The notes below the pieces were generated by a model. The model searched no databases. It saw only the letters and a program-made list of their open reading frames with translations, and had not been told where the DNA came from. A stretch of DNA of 32,117 nucleotides. Source: an uncultured Bacteroidales bacterium. GTDB taxonomy: Bacteria; Bacteroidota; Bacteroidia; Bacteroidales; JBBRXJ01. The translations under genes and the position numbers were made by a program. The stretch is taken from the NCBI GenBank assembly GCA_964413555.1, contig CAYPTK010000004.1, forward strand, positions 1 to 32,117. The letters are read 5' to 3'. This document shows, one piece after another, positions 16,751-27,400 of this stretch (within the stretch, counting starts at the first letter, position 1; every line of letters starts with the position of its first letter).

Positions 16751-17341
16751 ATGAAAAAATATAACATTTTTATCGCATTCATATTAATCCTGTCGCCTGT
16801 TTTAGTTAATGCAGGAGACAGCATTAAATGGAATATTGACAAGGACCACAGCAAGGTTCAATTCAAGGTGGTTTACCTGGGGATTAATGATGTGTATGGA
16901 CAATTCAATGAATATGAAGGAACAGTTACTACAGAAGGCCAGGATTTTGAAGGTGCTGTAGTTAATATGGTCATTTATACAAACAGCATAGATACTGATA
17001 ATGAAAAGCGGGATAAACATTTGAAAAATGACAGGAACTTTCTTTATATTGAGCGATATCCCGAGATAAAGTTTCAATCTGCATCCTTCAAAAAAACAGG
17101 AGAAAATAAATACAAAATGGTTGGTAAACTAACCATAAAAGGAGAAACAAAGACAGAAGAATTTAATGTAGAATACAATGGATTGGTTGATACAGACGAT
17201 AAGACCAAAGTTGCATTTGTCGTTTCAGGGAGTATAAACAGGTTTGATTATAACGTGGATTGGGACAGGTCTTTCTCGGAAGGATTGGTTGTAAGCCAGG
17301 AAATAGATATAATATGTACTGTATTATTAGTTAAACAATAA
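16751..17341 (+). CDS. YceI-family periplasmic/lipid-binding protein
   Basis: 196-aa ORF with a signal peptide, then WNIDKDHSKVQFKV...VYGQF, SIDTDNEKRDKHLK...YPEIKF and GKLTIKGETK. This is the canonical YceI domain pattern. Confidence 0.85.
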   Translation: MKKYNIFIAFILILSPVLVNAGDSIKWNIDKDHSKVQFKVVYLGINDVYGQFNEYEGTVTTEGQDFEGAVVNMVIYTNSIDTDNEKRDKHLKNDRNFLYIERYPEIKFQSASFKKTGENKYKMVGKLTIKGETKTEEFNVEYNGLVDTDDKTKVAFVVSGSINRFDYNVDWDRSFSEGLVVSQEIDIICTVLLVKQ

Positions 17342-17358
17342 ACAAAATTCAACAATAG

Positions 17359-18000
17359 TTGAGAACCCTGCAGATAGATTTTAAAACAGCTTTTATGGCG
17401 ATTGCTATAATTATAGTGTCGTGCTCTAAAAGCATTATTGCAGGGGATACTGTTTATGTAGTTCAGCAGGCATGGCATACAGGTATTGTATTGAAAACAT
17501 CTGGTATATCGCCGGAAACGTGTCCCGGGATCGAGAAATATAAACAATACACTTATCTTGATATCAGTTGGGGAGATGAACGGTATTATCAACATATAGA
17601 CCCCGGTATCGGACTCGCCCTGAGAGCTGTTCTTTTCCCTACAACCGCCGTTATTAAATATACAGGAATACGATCTTCTGTAACGCGCTATTATAAGCAC
17701 TCGAATCTCGTGCAAATTGTACTGGACAGCACGCGTTTCAATTCACTTTGCATGTATATTTCAAAGAGTTTCCAGCGCGATTCATTAAACAGGATTATTC
17801 CTAGCACGGCATATGGAAAAGCAGAGCATTTTTACCTTGCAAAACAGGAATATCATCTTTTTCGCACGTGCAATACCTGGGTTATTGCAGCCTTTGAAAA
17901 AGCCGGGCTTAAAATAAATTCTTTTTTCGTTTTAACAGCCGGGCAATTGTTCCGCAGGCTAAAAAAGCTGGAACAAGCTGTATTTATACAAAAAGAATAA
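17359..18000 (+). CDS. DUF2459 / TIGR02117-like family protein (probable lipoprotein)
   Basis: 213-aa ORF (TTG 17359). The ATG at 17395 gives MAIAIIIVSCSKS with a lipobox-like Cys. VYVVQQAWHTGIVL, ISWGDERYYQ and FRTCNTWVIAAFEKAGLKI match my memory of this family. It lies 17 nt after the YceI gene. Confidence 0.7.
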   Translation: MRTLQIDFKTAFMAIAIIIVSCSKSIIAGDTVYVVQQAWHTGIVLKTSGISPETCPGIEKYKQYTYLDISWGDERYYQHIDPGIGLALRAVLFPTTAVIKYTGIRSSVTRYYKHSNLVQIVLDSTRFNSLCMYISKSFQRDSLNRIIPSTAYGKAEHFYLAKQEYHLFRTCNTWVIAAFEKAGLKINSFFVLTAGQLFRRLKKLEQAVFIQKE

Positions 18001-21000
18001 CTATTCCAATATAATTTTTCGCAGCACGTATCCTTTATCACTTGAAATAACAAGATAATAAAGCCCGCGTGATAAATGCCTCACGTCCAATTGTTCGGAA
18101 ATGTATCGTTTGTTCCTGTATTTAGATACATGAACAAGTTGGTTTCGCGTGTTATACATCTTGAGCACGAAACTCGTGTTGCTCTTCGCGTTCAGTTCAA
18201 TATTGAAAAATTCATGAGCCGGAACAGGGAAGATACCCAGGTCAAAATAATCGTTTGCTAATTCTTCTATGCCCACGGGAGCAACAAATATAGAGCTTTT
18301 TGCTTTGCATTGATTCATTGCTGTTACTGTTACACTATATAAGCCTTGTTGTGTAACCTCGAGGGTGGAAGCGGTAGAAGCATCATCCCAAAGATATGCC
18401 TGGTAAGTATTGGTTAAACTTAGTGTATGAGGGAATGAAGTTTCAAGTGTATCACTTGCTGTTTCCCATTGTATTTCAGGAGCGCCCAGGAGATGTGCAG
18501 AACCGTCAAGAGTATCATTCCGGGTGAATAAATCGCCTGAAAGATTCGTGATAACCTTTATATCTAAATTACCCGGGCCTTCGCGTTTGATCACGGAGTC
18601 AAATGTATAAACAAATGTTTCGTCAGGATAAATATTGGTTCCTCCCGGTATATTGTTTACCCTGAATTCTTCAGTTACTTTGTTACTTTGGTCATACATG
18701 TAACTAATTGTAACCAGGTTCGAGGTCAGTATATTGGTCCCTTTGTTTTTTAACGTCACCTCAAGCGGATACATATCTGTTATTCCACAAACAGTATCAT
18801 GTGCTAATGCAACCGGGGAGATATCATCATAATAAATTTCAATAAATATGGAATCATTGCTTGAACATCCTTTTGAATTGGTTACCGTGACAAAATAATG
18901 ATCCATTGCATTGGCAGTATATGTCGAATCCGTTGACCCGTCACCCCATGAATAGGAAGCATAACTTCCAGAAATGGTTATTTCATAAGGAAGGTCTGTT
19001 GTTATCGTATCACCATTCCAGCCAATATCAGGGATGCCATGTAAATATACATTTTTCGTGAGCGTATCATTATAGTAAATACTATCATTATCAGTTGATG
19101 ATATGATTTTGTACATGTACGATCCATTTTGAGAAAGTGCTATGGTTGAGTCAAATGCATAAGAGAATGTATCACCCGGGGCAACAGTATCGGTTATATC
19201 TGTAATCCTGAATGTTTCAGTTAAAATATCTCCACCATTAATGATATAACTCAACCGGATGTCATTCGTGTTTAATGTTTGGGTTCCCGTGTTGGTAAAT
19301 AACACGTTCATGTTATGTGATTGATGGATATTACAAGCGGTGTCCGGGAGTGTTATTGATGTGATTTCAACATCTGTAAATGATTCAATGATATGAATCG
19401 AATCATTGGCGCTGCAATTTGCTGTATTATAAACTGTTACATGATATGTTCCGCTTGCATTTACCTCAAAAGAAGGATTGGTTGATCCATCCTCCCAATG
19501 GTAAGCATCATACGCTTGTGCCAGGCCTAAATTATGAGGAAATGCAACATGTGCCGTATCTCGCGGGTAATTCCAAACCACTTCCGGCATTCCTTCTGAA
19601 TAAATGGTTTTACGGGCCGTGTCGTTCCCGGTTATAATATCATTGGATATTTTTGCTATGATTTCATAATCAAATGATCCCACGTTCTTATTCACGTATG
19701 TTGAATCAAATTGATAGACAAATGTATTTCCCGGGAAAATAGTATCGGAAATATCTGTTACCGGCAATGTTTCCTGAACCAGGTTGCCCTGATTAATGGA
19801 GTAGCTCACGGAGATATTTCCTGAAGTTAAAGGCCTGGTCCCAGTGTTTTTCATAAGCGACTCCACCGGGTCGTTCGGCGTAAGGCCGCAGGATGTGTCC
19901 GGCATTTGGATACTCAGGACTGAAATATCAGTATACACGAGTTTTATTTTAACCTGATCTGATGCCTGGCATCCGTTTGTATCGGTTACTGTTACAGAAT
20001 ACATATCATCACCTGTAAACGTTGAGGAATTCAAAACAAATGTTCGTGTTGTATCATTATTATGCCATTGATACCCGGGAAATTCTGATCCTGCATCAAG
20101 AGTATATTCTGCAATATCATAGTAGGTGGTATCGTCTTCTCCATAGTCTAAGTCAACCGTGGGTAATATATAAGTAGTTAATTGAGTGGTAAGGGTATCA
20201 TTGCTTTTCACGGAATCCCTGTCCATTGCAGTATACGATTTAAACGCGAACGTGCTACCGGCTGCAATGTTCAACGAGTCATTGAATGTAAATGTTAATG
20301 AATCGTTTGGATAGAAGTTACTTGCAAGCACGATTGTATCTTTCACAACAGGGCCTGAATTAACCTGGTATATGACCGGAATTGGTGTGACGGGGCGAAT
20401 GGTATCAGAACCCACGTTTGTTATTTCAACCTTTATTGGTTCACTGGTCATATCACCACATGTATTTCCCGGGGTAATTATTTCAGTGATACTAACATCG
20501 GGTATGACCAATGTAACCAACGATGAATCTACAGCAGGGCAATTATGGACATCGGCTACAGTAACTGTATAGTAATCCGGGTAACCAACCGTGTCTATTA
20601 ATAATGTAGAATCTGTTGATGCATCTTCCCATGTAAAATATTTATATGTCGTATCGCCCAGGCGTGCATTCAGGCGGAATGAGAATCCCACGTGTACAGT
20701 ATCCCGGGGGGTAATAGAAAATGTTGGATAACCCCATACATGCACATTCATATTAACAGTATCATTTGCCGTGGTATCATCTTCTTTGTATGTAGTCAGG
20801 ATGGTATCAATATAAGCCACGAAATTATAAGATTTTTCGACAAGCATATTTTCGGCCGAGTCGAAATAATGGATATATGTACTGTCAGGATACACGGTGT
20901 CTGCAATCATGAATGTATCGGAAACCGGCAAACCACCTTCAAATTGATATCCGGCAACAACATAATAGTTGGCACGGATGGTGTCAGTACCATAATTAGT

Positions 21001-24000
21001 AATTTCAATGGCAACGGGAACGCTGTCCCCGAGTTCACAGTCACTTTGAGGATTCGCTATATTGGAAACACCGATATCTGCTATAAGCCTTACGATTTCG
21101 ACAGTATCTTTAGCGATACACCCGGTTGATTTATCTGTTACAATTACATTGTATATTCCTTCTTCAGGCACATGATAAACAGAATCTTTGGAGATGGTAT
21201 CATTCGAGCCGGCTTTTTGCCATGCATACCTGTTATCAGGGCCAGGGTAAGCATCTAAAATAATTGTATCAGGATAACAAGTGTATTTTGTACCACCAAA
21301 TTCAACATAAGGTTTTCTTACCACGACTATTTTATTCACGGTATCATTGATAATATTCAAATCTGTTTTCGTAGTGTCTCCCTCCGATGCAGCCAAATTG
21401 AAAACAGGGTATGCAATCAATTCATAAATACCGGATTGATACATATCAAACGTGTTTTTTAATGTATAATGAAGCGTGTCTCCCTGCGCGAGGTCTTTGG
21501 ATAAGACAAACGTGTCAATTACTGTAGGCTCTCCATTGAAATCAACACCAATATGCAACGTGTCACCTGCATGCAACGTGTCAAAATAATAATTTGTAAT
21601 GGCTGTTTTAATTTTTTCAGCAGGAGATAATTCACATGCACTTTCAGGGTAAGTAATAGAATCAACACCAAAGGCAGGCACTTCATAGAGCATAAAGTCA
21701 TCAAAACCTATTCCTTCATTCACATTATTGGAGTTACTGGCGAATCGTATTCTGAATTGAACTTTGGATTGCCCGGTAATTTCGGGGGGAAGGATTTGTT
21801 TGATTGTTTTCCAATTGGAAAACGTTGTATCCCACCCTTTTATGCCGAGGCTTTCAATAGTGTCATTGTTATACCAGGGCCAAGTGGCCGGGCCGTCATC
21901 TTGTTTTTCTATTACTGACCAGGTATTACCCCCGTCAATAGAATAGTCCATTACAGCCCCGTCTTTATATTGCTCGAGATCTAATATATAGTCAAATTGA
22001 ATAATAGCATATCGTTGATCACTGAAATTAAAGCAGGGGCTTGTCAAAAATGAAGAATCATTGTTGTTGTGATTATAGTCAATATCCGTGGCCCATGCTT
22101 TGGTTCCGGAAGAAGCCTCGAAAATATGAAAGCCGGAAGGTTCACCGTACTCCCATGAATAATTTCTACCGGATGGAATCCAAAAACCGTCGGACGATTC
22201 AAAATCATCGGCATAGGGAAGATGATAAGTCGGGAAGACCAATAAATTTCTGAAAAGAGTATCATTTTCAGTATATTGATCTGTAGACATTAAAGTTGTT
22301 GCAAATAGTTGTGTTGAATCATAATTATAAGGATCTGAAAGGTCTACTGTTTCTGAAAAGACAAATAGTGTATCCTGTCCCGGCATCAGCGTTCCATAAA
22401 AAGTATCTATAGCTGTTCGTGTAGTGCTTCCTGTAAATGAATACATCAAAGGGATGGGGTTTTTGGTGGGTTTCCCGGCATAATTACTTATAATCACTTT
22501 TACCGTATCATTTGCTGTATGATTACAACCATGAGTCGGGGTGATCCATTTTTTAATGCCTACATCCCGTTTAATTTCTGTACCTCCTAATGCAAGGTTG
22601 TCTATGTTCCAACTACTTAGTTGTTTGGGTTGGAAATTATCTGTTGGCCCCACGCCAAATTTAATCCGGCATGAATCTTTTTTTGTAAATTGAGGGATGG
22701 AATATTGTTTGATGTCCCAATGTTTATCATGAACCACGTTTTTATCATTATTCCACAATTTTTGCCATGTATTTCCCCCATCATTGCTAACCAAAAGGTC
22801 TACTTTATCTCCATTGCCTTCATCGTACCAATCGGTATTCAATTTTCTATAAAAATGGATACCCACGTCTTTATAAAATTTGCAATTAAACACGGGACTC
22901 ACCGCCCAGTAGGTGGTATCCATATTTGCCTGGTAATTTCCGTCTCCTGTTAAGTCATAGCCCAAAATATTTGTCCCAATAATGCTATTTTCCGGGTCGG
23001 GATTGGCATACACTGTATCTCCAAGCCCAAGGGGAGCAGTTATTTCAAATTCTCCATTCATTGTCCACGGGATGCCCTGATCAAAATCATCATAAAAAAT
23101 CCCGGAGGTTATGGTTATTTCTCCAGCCGGTGAAATGTCATTTGACGGGGAATGATTTACAATGGGTACGCTATTCGTATCTCCACCGAAAACATAGTAA
23201 ATGCTGTCACCCTTCCTGTAAATATGCTCGTTAAACGTAATTGAATTGGTATCAATGATGGTTTTGATGCTTTTTTCACATAAAGCAGCATCGAGGATAC
23301 TTCCTTCAGCAGCCGCGGTGTCGCAATGATAAGTTAACCATAAATAAGTATACCCGGAAGGCAATGATAAGTTTAGATTTTTGAACATTGCTTTATTACC
23401 TGTAAACCCGTTTAACACGCCTATTTCAGTTTCAGGGCTGAATGTTGGATTTTTTGTAGTAAATAATTTAATGCCATCCGGGGAAACATGCTCATTGGTA
23501 TCATTTAAACTTTGAAAAGCAATTGAATCCAGTATTAAATCGCCACTGTTTCCATACGCGCCTAATTTTATTTTAACGAGTGGTATTTGTTTATAACCCG
23601 ATGGTATACTGCTCACAGGATATTGAGAAACATCCACGCTTTGAAGATGGATTGGGATGATGCCTGTTTCAATAACCGAAATACTATCTATGCAAGTGCC
23701 GTATCCCCAGCCTGTTATTCCTTCAAACCCAATATACGAGGTACTTGACAGTATGCTGTCAGGTAAAAAAATCTCTCGTTTTGTCCATTCATTTACAGCC
23801 TGATCATAATGTTTATTAAGATATACCCAATTACTATCCAAATGTTGTTTAAAATAAACTTTTAATTCATCCTGAAACCCTCCACTCGGCACCTGGGCAT
23901 GCCAAAACGTGAGCATGGGTTTTATAGCAAATTCAAGATCAATGGGTGTTGTAACCAATTTGGTGATTCGCGGTATTGAACTATTATAGTACAAAACAGC

Positions 24001-24222
24001 ATTATATTCCCCTTTATGAGCAGTGTCAGGAAAATTAAACGCCCCCCCGTAGCCTCCTTTTAAAAAACTCCAGTCTTCTCCAAATGTAACATATTCATTA
24101 AACCAGTTTAAGGGCTTATTGCCATCATGTTCAAATCCTTCTGTAAAATATGTTTGTGCCTGAATATTGATAGTAAACAAAAACAGGAACAGGATGTTGG
24201 TTAACCAGGAAATTGTTTTCAT
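18001..24222 (-). CDS. Giant T9SS-secreted multidomain surface protein (N-terminal MAM/choice-of-anchor-J-like domains, CARDB-like plus Cys-containing Ig-like module repeats, type-A Por_Secre_tail CTD)
   Basis: 2073-aa ORF. Signal peptide MKTISWLTNILFLFLFTINIQA-QT. Three FEGF/DDFD/DDFE-type domains: EGFEHDG...DSISV, YDDFDQG...NIDNLALGG and ADDFESSDGFW...WEYGEPSG...GFDDFMLYEV. Six Y.W.DGST......G.Y.VTV.....C...D modules. The last ~80 aa (LGIFPVPAHEFFNIEL...LDVRHLSRGLYYLVISSDKGYVLRKIILE) fit the type-A T9SS sorting domain. Confidence 0.9.
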   Translation of the reverse strand: MKTISWLTNILFLFLFTINIQAQTYFTEGFEHDGNKPLNWFNEYVTFGEDWSFLKGGYGGAFNFPDTAHKGEYNAVLYYNSSIPRITKLVTTPIDLEFAIKPMLTFWHAQVPSGGFQDELKVYFKQHLDSNWVYLNKHYDQAVNEWTKREIFLPDSILSSTSYIGFEGITGWGYGTCIDSISVIETGIIPIHLQSVDVSQYPVSSIPSGYKQIPLVKIKLGAYGNSGDLILDSIAFQSLNDTNEHVSPDGIKLFTTKNPTFSPETEIGVLNGFTGNKAMFKNLNLSLPSGYTYLWLTYHCDTAAAEGSILDAALCEKSIKTIIDTNSITFNEHIYRKGDSIYYVFGGDTNSVPIVNHSPSNDISPAGEITITSGIFYDDFDQGIPWTMNGEFEITAPLGLGDTVYANPDPENSIIGTNILGYDLTGDGNYQANMDTTYWAVSPVFNCKFYKDVGIHFYRKLNTDWYDEGNGDKVDLLVSNDGGNTWQKLWNNDKNVVHDKHWDIKQYSIPQFTKKDSCRIKFGVGPTDNFQPKQLSSWNIDNLALGGTEIKRDVGIKKWITPTHGCNHTANDTVKVIISNYAGKPTKNPIPLMYSFTGSTTRTAIDTFYGTLMPGQDTLFVFSETVDLSDPYNYDSTQLFATTLMSTDQYTENDTLFRNLLVFPTYHLPYADDFESSDGFWIPSGRNYSWEYGEPSGFHIFEASSGTKAWATDIDYNHNNNDSSFLTSPCFNFSDQRYAIIQFDYILDLEQYKDGAVMDYSIDGGNTWSVIEKQDDGPATWPWYNNDTIESLGIKGWDTTFSNWKTIKQILPPEITGQSKVQFRIRFASNSNNVNEGIGFDDFMLYEVPAFGVDSITYPESACELSPAEKIKTAITNYYFDTLHAGDTLHIGVDFNGEPTVIDTFVLSKDLAQGDTLHYTLKNTFDMYQSGIYELIAYPVFNLAASEGDTTKTDLNIINDTVNKIVVVRKPYVEFGGTKYTCYPDTIILDAYPGPDNRYAWQKAGSNDTISKDSVYHVPEEGIYNVIVTDKSTGCIAKDTVEIVRLIADIGVSNIANPQSDCELGDSVPVAIEITNYGTDTIRANYYVVAGYQFEGGLPVSDTFMIADTVYPDSTYIHYFDSAENMLVEKSYNFVAYIDTILTTYKEDDTTANDTVNMNVHVWGYPTFSITPRDTVHVGFSFRLNARLGDTTYKYFTWEDASTDSTLLIDTVGYPDYYTVTVADVHNCPAVDSSLVTLVIPDVSITEIITPGNTCGDMTSEPIKVEITNVGSDTIRPVTPIPVIYQVNSGPVVKDTIVLASNFYPNDSLTFTFNDSLNIAAGSTFAFKSYTAMDRDSVKSNDTLTTQLTTYILPTVDLDYGEDDTTYYDIAEYTLDAGSEFPGYQWHNNDTTRTFVLNSSTFTGDDMYSVTVTDTNGCQASDQVKIKLVYTDISVLSIQMPDTSCGLTPNDPVESLMKNTGTRPLTSGNISVSYSINQGNLVQETLPVTDISDTIFPGNTFVYQFDSTYVNKNVGSFDYEIIAKISNDIITGNDTARKTIYSEGMPEVVWNYPRDTAHVAFPHNLGLAQAYDAYHWEDGSTNPSFEVNASGTYHVTVYNTANCSANDSIHIIESFTDVEITSITLPDTACNIHQSHNMNVLFTNTGTQTLNTNDIRLSYIINGGDILTETFRITDITDTVAPGDTFSYAFDSTIALSQNGSYMYKIISSTDNDSIYYNDTLTKNVYLHGIPDIGWNGDTITTDLPYEITISGSYASYSWGDGSTDSTYTANAMDHYFVTVTNSKGCSSNDSIFIEIYYDDISPVALAHDTVCGITDMYPLEVTLKNKGTNILTSNLVTISYMYDQSNKVTEEFRVNNIPGGTNIYPDETFVYTFDSVIKREGPGNLDIKVITNLSGDLFTRNDTLDGSAHLLGAPEIQWETASDTLETSFPHTLSLTNTYQAYLWDDASTASTLEVTQQGLYSVTVTAMNQCKAKSSIFVAPVGIEELANDYFDLGIFPVPAHEFFNIELNAKSNTSFVLKMYNTRNQLVHVSKYRNKRYISEQLDVRHLSRGLYYLVISSDKGYVLRKIILE
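18300..21300 (-). repeat. Intragenic array of six divergent two-domain modules (CARDB-like domain + Y.W.DGST...G.Y.VTV...C Ig-like domain)
   Basis: The six module-closing motifs are YAWQKAGSNDT..GIYNVIVTDKSTGC, FTWEDASTDST..YYTVTVADVHNC, YQWHNNDTTRT..MYSVTVTDTNGC, YHWEDGSTNPS..GTYHVTVYNTANC, YSWGDGSTDST..HYFVTVTNSKGC and YLWDDASTAST..GLYSVTVTAMNQC. Boundaries are approximate. Confidence 0.65.
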
Positions 24223-24274
24223 GGATTTTAATGTTTAATGTTATTAAAATGAGGCTGTTATAATTCTACATGTA

Positions 24275-24282
24275 CAAAGATA
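24275..24282 (-). promoter_or_regulatory. Candidate -7 box (TATCTTTG on minus strand) for the 2073-aa T9SS cargo gene
   Basis: Plus-strand CAAAGATA equals minus-strand TATCTTTG, about 52 nt upstream of ATG 24222. Confidence 0.3.
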
Positions 24283-24410
24283 CATTTTTAAAATCATATT
24301 GTTAAAGTGACCTATATTACTACAAATAGTACGATATGGCAAAAAAAAAGTTTCATTTTACGAACTTTTTTTGTTTATATTCGTATTAATAAAAGTAATA
24401 ACAAAGAAAT

Positions 24411-27400
24411 TTGTATAAAAAATTGATTGATGTGAAAAGATCCCTGAAGTATATATATATATTATTTATTATCCTGGGCAGTTTAAATGTAAAAGGCCAA
24501 ACCGATACTGAATTCTGGTTTGTAGCACCCAATATTACCAGCGGGCATTGGTGGTGGCATGCCGGCACCCCGAGTGAACCGGGAGCTGTACCCATTTACC
24601 TTACATTAACCGCGATGGAACTCCCGGCGCAAGTCACCATTAACCAGCCGGCAAACCAATATGATGCTATTACAAACCCGGATGGATTTCAAACCATTAC
24701 GGTGAACCTTAATGCTAATGAATCAAAAACCATTACATTGGTTGACAATAACATGGATCATGCTGACAGCGTGATGCTCAAAAACCTGGAGAATTTTCCT
24801 TATATGACGGTTAATAATAAAGGGTTAAATATACAGTCAACCAACTTAATCACTGCATATTACGAGGTCGCTGAATATTTTAATACAGATATCTATGCAT
24901 TAAAAGGCAGAAATGCCCTGGGAACCGATTTTTATGCTTCATTTCAAACTGCCAAAAATCTTGGGAATTATTCTCCAACCCCTTATTCAGCCATTGATAT
25001 TGTAGCCACGGAAGACAATACAACAGTACATGTTTTCCCGACAAACCCTGTGATGGGGATGGGTGCTGCCCCGTTTGACATTACTTTGGACAAAGGTGAA
25101 ACTTATTCTGTCATCCCTGCAGACAAAAGGGATGTGGATGATAATCTCAGGGGAACCCGGATTACAACAGACGGGAAAAAAATTGCCGTAACCATTACCG
25201 AAGACTCTAAAATAGAAGAAGGCTGCCGGGATATGATCGGCGACCAGACCATCCCGTTAGAAGCAATGAACAGCAAAGGAGTTATGGCGCCTATAGTTGG
25301 GAAAGAGTATATTGTAATGAAAGGGAACCTGGAAGATGCCGGGTCTGCATATGACCAGATTTATATACTGGGAACTGTAAATAATACAAACCTTCAAATC
25401 ATTGATGTTACCAACGGGGATACGGTGACTACAACCATTCATCAACAAGGAACAGAACCATATATTATTAATGAAACGAATGATGGTGAAGCCATTACAT
25501 ATGTCAAAGCGGATGAGCCTGTTTATGTATGGCATATCACGGGAGGTGGTGATGGATGTGAAGAAGGAGCGGCAGTATTGCCTGCCATAGACAAATGCAC
25601 CGGATCATCGAAAGTAGGGTTTGCCCGGTATACAGATCACAGCAAGTTTATTTTGAATATTATGGTGCGTAATGGTGCCGAAGGTAATTTTGAACTCAAT
25701 GGCGACCCCACGCTTGTTCAGGCTGGAGATTTTACGGACATACCCGGGACTCCCTGGGCTGCTGCAAGTTTACATATGGAAGGGGATATTGCCGTGGGCA
25801 GTTCAAATATGTTAATAAATACAAAAGATATTTTTCACCTGGGTATTATGAATGGGGATGAACGGACTGGTGGATGTTACGGCTATTTTTCTGATTTCAA
25901 TGAAGTAGAGGCCGAAGGGATTGTAGCAGGTACAGGACAAACAGGGATAAAAAGCTGTTATGAGGAACCGGTTCAGCTGATTGCAACAGGAGGGACAAAT
26001 TATGAATGGAAACCCGTGACATATTTGAATGATCCATATATTTCTACTCCCATTTCTACTCCCAAAAAAAGTATTAATTATACAGTATATACTTATGGTG
26101 CTTGTAACCAGGTAGACTCGGCAGAGGTTAATCTCCTGGTCGGAAATCCTTTGGATGTTAATTTTGCTATTGACACGGTTCAGGGGTGTTCGCCCTTAAC
26201 AGTTAATATCACAAATACATCATACGGGATAGGAGGGATGATCACACAACTTTGGCAGATTGACGGGGTCAATTATACCAACCAATACGATCCTCCTCCC
26301 AAAACATTTACCAATACATCAGATACCGCCGAAGTACATACCATTATATTATATGGTTCCGACTCATCAGACCTGTGTATTGATTCCATGAGGCGCGAGG
26401 TGATTGTTTATCCTCAAATCAATGCAGATTTTCAGGCGAGTGATACAATAGGATGTGCTCCGTTGGATGTATCGTTTACCAATACATCAACAGGAGATAC
26501 AACAGGTTTATTTTACTGGGACTTTGGAGATGGAGGGACTTCAGGGCAGCTCAGCCCATCTCATGTGTATCAGAATTATACTTCAGATGATACCACTTTC
26601 AACGTGGAAATGATAGCTGTTTCGTCATATTTTTGCAGGGATACAGCCAACAAAGACTTCACGATACATCCTTATATACACACCGAGTTTGCTATTGATT
26701 CAACGTCATCGTGTGCAAGTTATACAGCTCATATTCATAATAATTCAATAGGTGTGGATACATTCTTCCTTGATTTTGGAGATGGAACAGACACTACATG
26801 TACATCATTTTCAACCATTACCCACTTGTATACCAATTCCGATACGGTACCGTATTTTTATACCATAAAGTTAACAGGCGTGAATGAAGAAGGGTGTGTA
26901 GATACTTCTGTTCGTCAGGTAAGGGTTTCGCCCCAGGTGAATGCAGATTTCAACCTGACTCCAACCCGGGGCTGTGATTCTGTGATGGTTCAGTTCACCA
27001 ATGCATCATCCGGGTACCAGCTTTCGTATTCATGGGACTTCGGGGATGGAAGCTCATCCAAGGCAAAGAATCCACAGCATCTTTATACCAATAAAACAGG
27101 CCAATTGATTATTGATACGGTCATGCTGGCCATCCAGTCTAAATATTTCTGCAGAGACACCATTTATGATACCGTGAACATTTATCCATACATTAAAGCT
27201 GATTTTGCGATGGATACTGTTTACAGCTGCCCTCCTTTTCAGGCAACAATTCATAACCAATCGGTTGGAGTGGATAATTATACATGGGATTTTGACGATG
27301 GAACCCAGTCTGCTACTTCTGATACTCTTTTTTCGCATACATATACCAATACCAGTTATACCAATGATTCGGTGTATGTATTAAAATTGGTTGCAAGCAA

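Noticed and set aside
20692-21129. 145-aa plus-strand ORF and about a dozen other 60-95-aa ORFs inside the two giant genes.
   Set aside because: These are shadow ORFs within 6-kb reading frames whose repeat architecture and terminal sorting domains establish the true frame. They have no independent signals.
24343-24372. 10-bp inverted repeat (aaaaaaagtt / aacttttttt) in the spacer between the giant genes. I considered it as a terminator or an invertible-promoter arm.
   Set aside because: It is almost pure A/T with a single G:C pair, has no second distant inverted-repeat partner flanking a promoter, and there is no recombinase nearby. It is most likely just AT-rich promoter DNA.
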